Assembly (NCBI RefSeq): GCF_009914755.1
Contig: NC_060935.1
Strand: one strand, 5' to 3'
Source of the DNA: the human T2T-CHM13v2.0 reference genome, Homo sapiens
Length of the DNA stretch: 64,000 nt
In this document: positions 1 through 14,265 of the stretch, one piece after another
How positions within the stretch are numbered: position 1 is the first letter of the stretch
Layout of the letters: the number at the start of each line of letters is the position of its first letter
The notes under the pieces: generated by a model
Databases searched by the model: none
What the model was told of the DNA's origin: nothing
The model's input: the letters and a program-made list of their open reading frames with translations, nothing else
Program-made: the position numbers and the translations under genes

Positions 1-1570
1 ACGTGTATTGATCATTTGCTGTTTATCAGGCACTGGGGATATTGCTGTGAACAAGACAGAGTTACTGTTCTTGGGCAGCTTATAATCTGGTGAGGAGAGA
101 TAGATAATAAACAAATAGAGAAACAGGTAAAATCTATCTATTTCTGGATCAGGTGGTGATGAGTACAAAGAAGAAAACCAAAGCACAGTTAAGGGATAGA
201 GAAATGGAGAAGGAGACATAGTGCTATTTTAGCTAGGAAGCTAGGGAAGACTTTTTTGATAAAGTGACATTTGAGAAAGACCTGATTGAGGTATAAACCA
301 CGAGGTTATCTGCAGGAGGAATGTACGAAACAGATGGAACAGTTTGTGCATCGCCCAGAGGAGGGAACTTCTTGACATACTTAAAGAAAAGCAGGATCAA
401 GGGGGCTGGCATGAACTAGGGAGGAAGTGGTGGCAGATGAGTCTGGCAAGTTGCTGGAGGTTGATTATGTCAGGCTTTACAGACCAAAGTCAGGACTTGG
501 GATTTTATTGTGAATAAAGATCAGATGTCATTGGGGGGTTTTGAGAAAAGCAATGACATGATGTGACTTGCAGTTTTATAGGCTCACTTTGGGCTGGGTG
601 CATGGCTCACACCTGTAACTCCAGCAGTTTGAGAGGCCGAGGCAGGAGGATCACTTGAAGCCAGGAGCTTGAGACCAACGTGGGCAACCAAGCAAGACCT
701 CGTCTCTACAAAATAAAATTATATAAAAAATATTAGCCAGGTGCAGTGGTGTGTACCTGTAGTCACAGCTACTGGGGAGGCTGAGGTGAGAGCATGGCTT
801 GAGCACAGGAATTCAAGGCTGCAGGGAGCTGTGATTGTGCCACTGCACTCCAGCCTGGATGACAGAGTGAGGGCTTGTCTCAAAATAAAATATAATTAAA
901 ATAAATACAACAGACTCACTTTGGCTGCTGTGTGGCAAACAGACTGTAGGGATGCAGAGTGGATGCAGGGAGACCCTTTACAAGGCTACTGCCGTGACCT
1001 AGGTGAGAGACGATCGTGTCATGGGATGGTGTGAGAAGTGGTTGGAGTTTAGAGGTGTTTTGAAGGAAGAGCTGAAAAGATTTGCTGATAGATTCTTGTG
1101 GAGTGACAGAAGTGGAGAGGAGTGAATTTGCCATTTATTGTGTTGGGGGATACTGGAGGAGAAGTAGTTTGTAGGGGATGGTCAAGAGTTTGAGTGTGGA
1201 CATGTTACATTTGAGATGCCTGTTAGGTATATGAGTGGAGATGTTGAGAACTCAGTTAACCTTGAGTCTGGAGTTTAGAGGAGTGGTCTAGGGTAGAAAT
1301 ATAAATGTAGGAGTGGTCAGTGTGTAATTACTCTATAAGACTGGGAAGAATCACCTAGGAGAGTACAGATAGAGAAAAGAAAAGATCCAAGAACTGAACC
1401 CTGGAACATTGTCATGATTAGAGGTCCAGAAGATGGGGAAGGATCAACAAAGAAAAAGGAATAGTGTCAGGAAGAAGGGCATGAGAAGAACAAAGAGAGA
1501 GTAAGATCCAAGAAGCCAAGAGAAGGAAGTAATTTGAGAAGGAAGGAGGGATCGTCTGTATCAATTACCC
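1..1570 (-). mobile_element. L2 LINE relic, split by an AluJ
   Basis: Typical antisense L2 3' region text (caggcactggggat...gtgaacaagacaga; ggacatgttacatttgagatgcct). The sequence resumes after the Alu. Boundaries are approximate. Confidence 0.7.
592..909 (+). mobile_element. AluJ
   Basis: Dimeric Alu with J-type features (gaggatcacttga, aaggctgcag), an A-rich tail and a degenerate TSD (ataggctcactttg / acagactcactttg). Confidence 0.9.
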
Positions 1571-1689
1571 ACATTTTGTACTGGAATCAAGCAACAAGAC
1601 TGCATATTTTCTTCCAAGAACTCTTGGTACCTCAGGAAGAGGAACAGAGGGTTGGATTTCAGCTTGTGTAGGAAAGAAGGTTGGGGCAT

Positions 1690-2230
1690 GTGGATTAGTT
1701 ACCTATTGCTCCATAACAAAGCACTCCAAAGCTTAATAACTTAAAACAACAACCATTTTTTTTTAGCTCATTATTTTGGTGGGTCAGCACATTGGGCTGA
1801 GCTCAGCTGGATGGTTCTTCTGGTCTCAGCTAGGCTTGGCTGACCTTAGCTGGGCCTGCTTATGCATCTCCAGTCAGGTGACAGATCAACTGGGCTGACT
1901 TGTTGATACTAATCTTATCAGGAATACCCCAGGTAGCAAGGGCCTTTGTTCATATGGTTTCTCATCCTCTAGCAGGCTAGTCCTGGCTTTCTCACAATGT
2001 GGTTGCAGAGCAGCAAGAAAAACAAAAAACACCCAAAGCATAAGCATTTCTCAAATCTTTGCTTGTGTCATGGTTGCTACTGTCCTCTTGGATAAAGCAA
2101 GTCTCATGGTCAAGTCCAGACTCAGCATGAGAGAAGACTACCCAAAGCTTGTTGACAGAGATGTACGAACAAATTAGGACCAAGAGATGTACAAACAAAT
2201 TAGGACCATTACTGCAATCACGCACCCAAC
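1690..2230 (-). mobile_element. MaLR solo LTR (MLT1, probably G/H-type)
   Basis: Starts tggattagttacctattgctccataacaaa...cttaaaacaacaacc, the typical antisense MLT1 end, and contains ggctgagctcagctgg. Confidence 0.7.
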
Positions 2231-2594
2231 ATGAGAGAGCATAAGCAGAGCAGAGCTGAAATGTACAGAGAAGCAATAGATGATTTACCTGAATTGACTT
2301 GCAAGTAGTATTACCTACAGCTATTATTCTCATCATGATCTTTGCCAAATACAACAAAGGCTTATTAATAACTTATTTATCACCTATTTAGAGGACACTG
2401 AAAATAAATAGTGTTACTAAAATTAGGATATGAACATAGTACTTTCAGGAAGAATAAAAATTATTTTTCACCCATTCTAGTTGAATAATTTAAATTGTGT
2501 AAAGTTTTCTTTAAATTTTTTTAGAATAAGCACTTCTTCTTGGATTAGCAAGGAATCTACTCTTGCTAATCAATTACCCCCAAATTTTTAATAA

Positions 2595-2978
<384 letters not shown>

Positions 2979-3897
2979 TAATTTTAGCATAAAAATATAA
3001 TTTTACTAAGGGCTGGTTAGATCATTTCCAAAGCTGTAAGAGAAACCTCCTCTCTGTTGAAGTCCAGCTGACCATGGGAGTCTCTGATCATTTGAAAAGA
3101 TTTTCAAAACATCAAAGTCAAGAGAAAACCCGTTATGAATCTTATGTTTCTGGCTTCCCCATCTTGCCACATCATTTTTCTCATTCCTGCTAGATAAAGA
3201 CTGCCTTCCCTCTCAGAATGGGTCTGTTAGATGATCCAAGAAGTTTCTCAAGTGAAAACCAGGAGAAACCGGTGGTTTGATGGTTAAGATATCTCAATTT
3301 TTATGAATTATTTTAGCACTGAACTCTGAGGGTTCAGTCACTTCCAGACAGTCAGATGGGTGTTCTGCGTCCTTTTCCTCCAGTGTAGGGTCTTGGTGAG
3401 GCTATTTTGTTGATATATGACTGAGATTGTTGGGCCAGGATGGAGAATCAACCGTTTACAGCTGTTTGCAAAGGGCACTTCAGTGTAGTGATTGGCCGTG
3501 ATTCGTGCCATGTTCGGCAGTTGATTAATCCTCAACCCGAGAATATTCTTCCCAGCTCCATGTCCTCAGAATGGGGACTTTTGCATTCAGTAGCCTCAAA
3601 CTGCAGCCTCGCAGGTGACACTTTCTTGCTTTCAAAAACACTTTTGTTACTGTCATGTGAGTGGACACGCATGCACAAACACACGGGCACAAATCTCACT
3701 CTATTTTTGAACGGAAGTTTTGACTTGATGACTCCCTGTAAATGTGTCTATAAACAGAAGCAAAGAGTAAAGCAGAGTTGGGTTTTGCTACAGAAATTTG
3801 CTCATTAACACCTTTCCTTGGAGTGAGAGGAGCAGCCAGAAAATTGTTTCAGGATCAAATGAGGGAAATGGTATGAAAATGCTACAAAAACCATTCA

Positions 3898-4183
<286 letters not shown>

Positions 4184-4519
4184 TCAATCAGTCATTCACT
4201 ATTTTGTGAATGTGAAATAGGTTATAAAAAGCCTTTTCCTTTCCTATTTTTTTTTCTGGACGCAAATTAAAGCCTTTTGTACCAGTGCCGCCAGTTGGGA
4301 GAGTAGGTGCCATTCACCAGAAGAGTCCAGAAACAATCTAGGGGTGTGTGTCTTTTATGTTTGGGTGTTGCACACCCAGCACTCAGCAATCAAATAGCTG
4401 TTGGGTAAATAAAATAACATATATTCAACAAGTTAGTACCGATCCTTGTTTTCACAGACTACATTCTTTGTATTACTCATTTTATATGATGTTAAAAGGT
4501 ATTAAGATGAGAAAGATTG

Positions 4520-4660
4520 TGACCGAATAAATTTGGAAATGTTGGGTTAAACGAGACCAGATGAATCTCTCTGTGACAGAACTGATCAGAGCCTTTGATA
4601 TGCTAAGGTGCATTAGGAATCTCCAAAGAAGGAATATAGTGAGCATTTCCCACATTTAGG
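4520..4660. mobile_element. Old non-autonomous DNA transposon relic (hAT-Charlie-like)
   Basis: Degenerate inverted termini (taaatttggaaatgtt / agcatttcccacattta) surround cagagcctttgatatgctaaggtgcatt. Confidence 0.45.
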
Positions 4661-5284
4661 GAACTTTGGCGAGGAATGTCCCACTTGGCTTTAGTGTGCC
4701 ACGGAATGTTCTTGGCAGATACTGCCTTATCCCATAGATATCCCAACTTTGATTGTTCATGGCTTTTAGGGTATTAAAGTGTACAGACTGAGAACTGGAA
4801 ATTTCCGGAGGCAGAGGGGAGAAGGGAGGAGGAGGGAGAAGGGAGGAGGAGGCAGAGGAGCATCCGGAAGGATACACAGCTTCCAGCTGAGAAGCTGCTC
4901 GCCTACTGATCAAGTGCATTTATTCCAGACAATTCTCCATTGTCAGGGATAGATGTCATTATTTTCTAAATCTGGACGATTGACAATAGAAGAACAGAGG
5001 CCGCTAGATACCTGCCTCCCGCTTGTCTCCCACAGTGGGGAGGCAGTCAGTCTTTATGCTCAGCCGGACCCACGGGCTGGCATGTTCTGAGGCCAGAGGC
5101 AGCATGAGGGAGGCTTTCTGGATCCCATTCCCTGACAGAGTTCCAGAAGATGAGAGTCCCGCCCTGAGGAAGGAAAGAAGGCTCTGTGACTTGCCCTGTG
5201 TGAAGGGCTGCCTTATCTTTGGTCATTGTATGGGACAGCAAAGGGAAGGTGTTCTGGGATGAGGGAGGAGGGGGAGCCTGGCTT

Positions 5285-5460
5285 CCAGGACTGATTCGCC
5301 ACTTTCCTACTATGTCCTAGACAACACACTTCACTTCCATGAGCTTCATGTTCCTCACTTGCTAAACAAGGGTGGCAGCCACCAAATCAGTGGCTCATTA
5401 TAATGATCCATTAGCAGTTTTAAAAGCACGCAGTAAAGTCCTTGGTACACAGTAGGTGAT
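5285..5460 (+). mobile_element. MIR relic
   Basis: Degenerate MIR core (cacttcacttccatgagcttcatgttcctcacttgctaaacaaggg) and 3' end (cttggtacacagtagg). Confidence 0.55.
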
Positions 5461-5629
5461 CCTGGTGGGGAGCTCTTGGGGGGCATGGGGTGCTATCTTA
5501 GAGTCTCCACATATGTATATGTCTGGCACAGAGTAGATGAATGAAACGTATTTCCTGAATGAACAAATAGCTCAAAATCAAAATGTTAAGTGGGTAGCAG
5601 TTGCCACAGTTAGAGAGTTAGAGAGAGAA

Positions 5630-5633
<4 letters not shown>

Positions 5634-5672
<39 letters not shown>
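5634..5672. repeat. (TG)n microsatellite
   Basis: About 19 uninterrupted TG units. Confidence 0.98.
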
Positions 5673-5673
<1 letters not shown>

Positions 5674-6262
5674 AGAGTGAAGCCCCTAGTGATGGGGTAT
5701 TATGCAAAGAATAAGGCATAGTTGAGTTTTTGCTACAGAAATTTGCTTATTGATGCCTTTCCTTGGAGTGAGAAGAGCAGCCCGAAAACTGAAAATTGGA
5801 AACGGAATGTTTTGTAGTCAAAGTCTATGTGGTAAAGACAATAGCCAAAGAGAACCACGTGTGATACATGTCCCTGGAAATTCCCATGTGATTTAAACAC
5901 TCTGCAACACTATCCAGAGTGCTGGGTATTAAAAACAGGCTATGCTGCATGGATGCCACCCTTGCCACCATTCCCATAGTCACGGCGGGTGGTGGTTAAT
6001 GAAACAGAGATGGGCACCCAGGGCTGCGCTCACTGAACTCTATGGGCTGAGCACGGCAAAACGGACTTCCGAGCAGCCAGCTGCTTAACCCACGCTGTAG
6101 TGTGGGTGGTTTTGTTTTTTTCTTTTTCTGTATCGTTTCCTCTTTGTCCATTAAACTGGAATGAAAGGCTACAGACATTAAACTGTGCAAATAAAATAAC
6201 CTTGAGAGGCGGCTGCTCTAGTTGAAACTTACCGTCTCCCCTGTTGCTATGGTTACCTCCAG

Positions 6263-6390
6263 CAGGTCGCCCAGTGAGAATGGCTCTGTCATCAGCAACG
6301 AATCAGGGAAGCCCAGCTCAGGGAGACGCTCACCCCAGAATGTAATGGCACAGCAGAAAGTGACAAAGGAGGAGGCAAGGAAGAGAAATG
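6263..6390 (+). CDS. KIAA1549L: KIAA1549L internal coding exon (RSPSENGSVISNESGKPSSGRRSPQNVMAQQKVTKEEARKRN)
   Basis: Acceptor ctccAG|CAG|G is a tandem site, so the start is 6263 or 6266 (phase 2). Donor AATG|GTGAGA at 6391 (phase 1). The G joins TG of the next exon to give Val in frame. Confidence 0.9.
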
Positions 6391-9300
6391 GTGAGAAGCC
6401 TTCCCTCCAAGAACCACCCCCAGCTGCTCCCACGCGTGCCCGCACACACATGCGTGCACACGTGTGCACAAACTCACACACAGCCACTGGGCTCTGACCC
6501 TCAGTCGTTCTTTCTATTCTGCCCCACAAGGGCCAGGAGTCTGTATGTACCCCTTGGGTTCTCACCTTACCCCTTGTCTGAATTGTCCTGTCTCACTTCC
6601 TCCGCCCCTGTTCTTATGAAATGGTGTAGTTCCTTAGGAAAAACCTTTTGCGGAATGAACTGATGTTTGCTTAGAGGTTTTTCTAATTCTCTAGTTAGAA
6701 ATCCTCTAAAATTTCTAATTTCTAATCACATGAATTGACGCAATTTCTTGCACCAGTTCCACTAAGGCAGCAGATCTCTGAAATAACTGCTCATCTTGGA
6801 GATTCCTCTCATTTTCCTGCCCTGACTCCCCTGATAAGTTTCATGGGTTCAGTCTGTGCCACTGAGTCCAGATATTGCAACTCCACTTCTCCCAGGAAAA
6901 AACTAACCCAAAACAATAAAGGAACAGATCTGTCATCAAAAAAAAAAAAAAGAAAAGAAAAGAAAAAAAAAGTTATATGCTTCTGTCTTAATTCTCCAGG
7001 GAAGCTGAACTACTTAGTTTCTCACACAGATCTCTCCTTTCCTGTAAGGATTGGCGTTGGGGTTTATTTATCAGTCATCTGAGCACCGTAGTTGTGGAGT
7101 GGCATTGTCTATAGATGGCCTCTGTCAACATCATTGTGCAGCTCCCTCTCCTGTTCCCACCTTGGTTCTGACTCTCATCTCCATGTGGCCCTTCCGTGTG
7201 TGATGCTGGTTTACTGGGGCCAGAATTCAAGTACCCAGCACTACTGATTTCATATCAGGGAAAAGTCCTTTTGGATTTTAATGGGTTGTAGGTGGAGCCC
7301 TACAGAAATGCCAGGTGAAAAGCTAAACCCTCTAGCACCCTGCTTAGCTGCACTTCCCTTTCAAAGGAGTTTGCATAGTGCAGGGACTCTTTCTTGAAGC
7401 TAGTGTTGGAATATTTTTTTGTTTTCAAATATCACTTTTATTTTTTTTTTCCGACTGAAAACGGTAAGAGCAGAGAAAAGAAAAGAAATAACGACACATG
7501 GATTTGTATTCTGTAGGGAAAATGTGCTCCCTGTTCCCATTTTCAGCTATTATATAAAGCACTTGTTTAAAGTTTAAACTGTCATACCTATTTGGTGGTT
7601 GAAATTTTGTCTTTCCCTGAATTCTGCATGCCTGTAACACAGAGGCTGTGCTTTCTACATCAGAAATGGGGTGTGACCTGTGGAATTTTCCTGCAATATC
7701 TGCCCCACCTGGGACCACTAGAAATCCTGCCATCAGCTCTATCGAGTGAGCACACGGAGTCAGAGGTGCTCTAGATCTTGGGAAGGGGACTTGAGTTCAG
7801 CAACTTTCTTCTCTTTCTTCCTAGGATGAGGTGATAAGAGAGATGGGTAGAGAGAGTGAGGTGACAGCAGAGACAATGGACAGTGAAGCCATATGGGGAA
7901 GGTTGTTTTAACTAAATACTGTGACGGCCATCACCATCTATCCAAGATGGTGCTTCCCGCCCTCCCAGCTCCGCCTACTCCCTCCCCTCCCCCTCCTTCC
8001 TTCCTTTCCTTCCTTCCTTCCTTTATATACTTCCTGGAAATTTACAAGGTCAAATCAAAGACTACTCACTCCTCCAGATGCCCCACTCACCCACCCCAGT
8101 CCTCAGAGGACCCCGAATAACTCAATGTATATCTTTCTCTGACCTTTTTACTATGCATATGGCAATACACATGTATCTTTGTTTTTTGTTGTAATGCTTT
8201 ATTTTGTTTTATTAAATGGAATCAGTGCGCATATTGTTCTATGCCCTTTCTCTTGCTTTAAACTGTGCCATACAAAGCTCCTTTCTTTATGAATACACAT
8301 TTGCAAAGTGATGTCTTTTCCCCTTCCCTGCAAATAATCCATAGAAGATGAGAGAGTGGGGCTGGTTCCTGACCCCGTCACTCCCCACTTAGCTGGTGAA
8401 ATTCTGGCCTGCTCTAGATGTCCCTGCTGACCTTGCCCATTTCTGCTTGTCTGCCCTCTCCTCCTGCCTCTTTATTCTATTTAGGTCACTTTGACTATTT
8501 AAATATAAGGCTTAGAAATAAAACAGGTGGGTGCAGGAATAAAATGCAGTTACTATGCCAGGTTGAGGTTTTTGCTTGTTTGCTCTATTAAAAAGCCATC
8601 CTTCCAGGGTTAGAGTGCTTGCTTGGTTGCACTTTATTTTTGCCAAAAGTAAACCCAGTGAATTTGGGGGGCTGGTTGCTTCTGTTTACAGGTTTCTATT
8701 CCGTAAGGTTTTAGGTTTGAACTTTTCCAGTAGAACCAATAGAACCAACTTGTCTCATGTAAAACTCAACAGACATCAGAATTTTAGGATAGAACTTTAT
8801 GAAAACATACACTTGTTGTTTTTATCAGAGGGTTCCATTTTATCATAATCCTAGGTTAGAGTTTACCAATAAAATCAATAGTGTATTTTATTGCATTGGA
8901 AGATGAACCAAAGGAAGGAAGGAAGAAAATGACATTGAATGGAATTGTGGAGAAAACAAAAAAGTATATTTTCATCACCTTGCCAGCTTGCAAAAAGTAT
9001 TGAGGACTTTCTGTATGCACATGGCCTCTGAGAATCCATTATTCTGTTGATATGGAATATTCAAATGCTGTTGTCTTATGGCTTAGTATCTATTTTTCAC
9101 AGAAGCTTAAGTTACTAAGGTTAATAAATGTTAAATGTAGCAGGCTGTTATTCTAAAACTGTTCTTGTTTTCTATCAGGTTTGTTACATCTGTAGCTTCC
9201 AATCTTTTTCTTTTATGTAAAAAAGAACTTTGAAAGGAAAAGACACTATTCTGCTAGCCAGATGGCTGGCATAGGTCCTTATAGCTCAATGGCCACATCA

Positions 9301-10589
9301 GTTACCATCGCTGCAATTTTAGAGTCTGTTTCATAATGATGCTTACATGTAAGTGGGAAAGTCAGACATGAGAGCTAGGATTTTGAAAGCAAAAAGAGTT
9401 TGGTGCTTTCTCAACCAAATAGACATTTGAATTTCTGAGCCAATTTCTAAACATGGAAAATATGTTTAATAGGAAAGAGTTAAAAGTAAGTTCAAGATTT
9501 TTGAAAATAATACATATCTTTGCATCTTAAGTCATTTGGAAGCAAACAACCACCTGCCTGAACCCTTTAAAGTATGCCCCCTTCCTTTATGTCACTGAGA
9601 GAATTCACTGGTAGGGCTCAGAATCTATTAATAATCAAACTTCACCTGTCTAAGGTATGGGGCAGGTGAGGCAGGCAAAGAATTAGAAAGTTTAGAGGAT
9701 GAATTACTAATTTATTAGGAGCTCTTTATGGGGCATCTGGAATTAAAACATCAAGGAAGATTTGTCAGAGATACTAGCTCAAAAACACAGTTTCAGTTAT
9801 TCTTTCTTTGCCTTCCCAATGAAGTGAAGACTTGCTTTATCTAATAAATAATACTAGAGAATAATGATGCTATTATAGATTGTCTGAGCTTTAATGAAAT
9901 TTTCAGAAAAAGCACGTGTTGGATAAGAACACTTTCTGCCTCAAATGGGAGAGGGAGGCACTCCCCATGCCAGTTCAGACATGAAGAAATGAAATCTCTC
10001 TGTCCAACCTGATTTACTGAAATTAAAAACAACAGTAAAAACAAGGCACAATCAGATACAAGATAACTATTCAGTGGCATTTACTGTGATGCGATGCTAT
10101 GCTAAGACACTTGCAGTTTCACTGTGGCCCCTTAAGCATTCTCCCATGCTTTTTCTTTAGGGACTAATCATGCATTAAAAATCCCCATGAACCTGCTGTG
10201 TTCATACCACATTTTGAAGCATTAATATTTAATGTCTTTTAATATATTTGCCTATAAAGTCTTTTTTAGGGGAAGGATAACTAATTATTTTTCTCTTCAA
10301 AAGCCTAGAGGAATTGTACAAATCTGAATAAAAGTTTTTTTGAAAGAGTGAAAAATAACTATAGCTTGTACAATTCCCAAGGTGTCATTTTCCTGTCCCA
10401 TTAATGCTATGCTGCCCACCTTACCCCGTTCAGTTTGGGGAGTGAGGGTGTCACCATCCAGAAGTGATAAAAATGCTAAGTGCCATCTCTTCACCCTCTG
10501 ATGGGTTGAGGGATAGCATGACTTTAACTTCTGCATGGTTACCTGTTCTGCAGGTACTAACAGCATCTCCTTTTCCAAGTCAGGGAAAT

Positions 10590-11540
<951 letters not shown>

Positions 11541-12608
11541 CTGTAAGTTATCTATTGCCATGTAACAAATTACCCCAGCACCTAGCAACCTGAAATTTAT
11601 TATCTACATTTATTATCTCATATCATATCTGTGGGTAAGGAATTTAGGACTGGTTTAGCTGGGTCATTCTGGCTCAGGGTCTCATGAGGTCATAGTCAAG
11701 ATGTTGGCCTGAGCTGTCATCTAGAGTCTTAACTGGCAAAAACCAATAGATGTTGGCATGGATGTGGTGAAAAGGGAATGCTTATACACTGCTGGTGAGA
11801 ATGTAAATTAGTACAACCCCTATGCAAAACAGTACAGAGATTCCTTAAAGAAGTAAAAGTAGATCTACTATTTGATCCAGCAGTCAATCCCACTCCTGGG
11901 TATCTACCCAAATGAAAAGAAGTATTATATGAAAAAAGACACTTGCACATGTGTGTTTATAGCAGCACAATTCACAATTGCAAAGATAGGGAACCAACCT
12001 AAGTGCCCATCGACCAATAAAGAAAATGTAGTATATATACACCATGGAATACACTACTCAGCCATAAGAAGAAATGAAATAATGTCTTTTGCAGCAACTT
12101 GGATGGAGCTAGAGGCCATTATTCTAAGTGAAGTAACTCAGGAATGGAAAACCAAATACTATATATTCTCACTCATAAGTGGGAGCTAAGCTATGAGGAC
12201 ACAAAGACACACAGAGTGATATAATGGACTTTGGGGACAGAGGAGAGGGTGAGGGGGGAGTGAGGGATAAAAGACTACATATTGGGTACAGGATACACTA
12301 CTTACGTGACGGGTACACTAAAATCTCAGAATTTACCACTATAGAATTCGTCTGTGTAACCAAAAATCGCTTGAACCCCAAAAGCTATTGAAGTTTAAAA
12401 AAGAGAAAAATGAAAATAAAAAATAAAGTCTTGACTGGGGCTTGCAGGATGGTCACTCATGGCTCTTGACAGGGGGCTTCAGATCCTTGCCACATGGACC
12501 TTTCCATAGGACTGCTTCAAGGTCCTCAGAATGTGGCAGCTGGCTTTCTTTAGAGTAAGTGATCCGAGAGAGAGCAAGGTGGAAGTCATGAGTTTTTGTT
12601 TTGTTTTG

Positions 12609-12639
<31 letters not shown>

Positions 12640-12776
12640 TACAACTAAGCCTTGGAAGTAACACGTTGTCATTTCTGTAGTTTCCTGTTGGTTACACAGG
12701 TCAGTCCCATTCATCCTGGGTATGAATATCAGGGGGTGAGAATTCTTAGGAGCCACCTTATTGGCTGGCTTTCATA
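11541..12776 (-). mobile_element. MaLR MLT1 solo LTR interrupted by an L1PB fragment
   Basis: Starts ctgtaagttatctattgccatgtaacaaattacccc, resumes at 12439 and ends ggagccaccttattggctggctttcata. Contains (TTTTG)n at about 12593-12640. Confidence 0.7.
11737..12424 (+). mobile_element. 5'-truncated L1 (L1PB-like) 3' end
   Basis: ORF2 C-terminal remnants ([25 protein letters not shown]), an L1PB-type 3'UTR (gagggataaaagactacatattgggtaca), an A tail and TSD agagtcttaactgg / aaagtcttgactgg. Confidence 0.85.
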
Positions 12777-14083
12777 GATGGCTTGTATAGCAAGTGTCCA
12801 GGAGGCAGATAATGGTGGCCAGGCCAGAGCTGCCCAGCAAAACTACATCTAAAAATATGGATGCATCTGGTAACACATTCAAATAGAGATTTTCCTCTGT
12901 CATTGGCTGCTTGGTGGCCTGCTATTTGCAAATCAGCCCACAGAACTTAAAAAAAAATCCAATTATAACCCATTGTTAGACTCTGAAGTGTTTTAGCCAC
13001 TTTGTAAAAATAACAATTTACTTGGCTTAATTTGACAAATCTTCTGTGATTATGATAAGTGACAGAATGATACAAACTATGTGTTTCTCAATAATTTAAA
13101 TAACATCCCAATCTCTCAAGCAGACAGGAGGAAAGATGAATACACTGCTATTACATTCATATTTTATATAACACCTCTTTTCCTCCTAAATTGTCTGCTG
13201 GTTTAGTTGTTTGAATAGGCTTAATGTATCTCTTGCCTAGCCATGCTCAATAAGCTGTCTTTCTTATAGTTACTTAATGGGAATATGCTTTAAGAACAAG
13301 TAAATCAGCAAGATACCAGGGGCCCTGGAACTTCTGTCAGCTTAGTTATGGAAGCTCAAGGCAGACTGGTGTCTTTTAGCAATTGCAGCAGAATTATCTG
13401 TCAGAAGGGAGGATTAATTTAACAGAGCGTAGGTAGAAATCCTTCTACTTAATTAGGGGAGTTGTCTGTAGCTTCAAATTAGTTTCTCTGGCGGAATTTT
13501 CGTAGCTTTCTTTTATTTTAGACAAATAAACCAAAACCCAAATCACTGGGGAAACAACCTTCAGAAGAGGAAAAAAAAAAAGAATGTCAGCCACTATAAC
13601 TGTGGCTTGTTGACCAAGAAAGACTTGCTACTTTAACATCTTGTAAAGATTGGTAGCATTGGTGGCTGAACCTGAACTGAATGCTGTTAGTCTGAGGATT
13701 GTCGGATTTTAAGGACAGTTACAAGGTTTAGCCAAACTCACTTTTCTCACCTCCAACTCAAACATAGAGAAAGAAGTTACTTTTTAATTTTTTTCAACTG
13801 TCTTATGTCATAGTTTTGAAAGAATGGTTCTTACTGTTTAAATTCAAACCTCTACAGTTCTTTCCCACCCATGATAAGGCAATGGAGGGATAAATCATAC
13901 AGATCTTAAATTTAAAGGAAAACCGCTAGCAGTAGCGAGTCCTTGGCACAGAAGCAGATGCTGTCGTTTCTGAGGTTGTTTTGAGTAAAGTAATGTCCTT
14001 AGGCTGTGAGTCTAACATAAATTCTCCTGGGATCACACAGCTCCCCAACATCATAAAATCGATGTGTTTATGTTGTGCTTCAG

Positions 14084-14265
14084 TGCCAGCGAGTGACGAA
14101 GAGGAGGGAGCGGTTCTATTTGACAACTCCAGCAAGGTGGCCGCTGAACCCTTTGACACATCTTCTGGGTCTGTGCAGCTCATTGCCATAAAACCCACAG
14201 CCCTCCCCATGGTGCCCCCCACCTCGGACAGGAGCCAGGAGTCATCGGCAGTCCTCAACGGCGAG
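14084..14265 (+). CDS. KIAA1549L: KIAA1549L internal coding exon (VPASDEEEGAVLFDNSSKVAAEPFDTSSGSVQLIAIKP...SAVLNGE)
   Basis: Acceptor tgttgtgcttcAG at 14082-14083 and donor GAG|GTAAGT at 14266. 182 nt, phase 1 to 0. VQLIAIKP resembles the KIAA1549 motif IQLIAMQP. Confidence 0.93.

Noticed and set aside
6085-6170. Branch-like cttaac plus a long pyrimidine tract as a distant branch point or microexon
   Set aside because: Several AGs lie between it and the real acceptor, no donor follows, and the downstream frames contain stops.
6938-6971. A-rich tract as the tail of a processed pseudogene or a transcript end
   Set aside because: No TSD or retrocopy body is recognisable upstream. It would cause oligo-dT internal priming artefacts.
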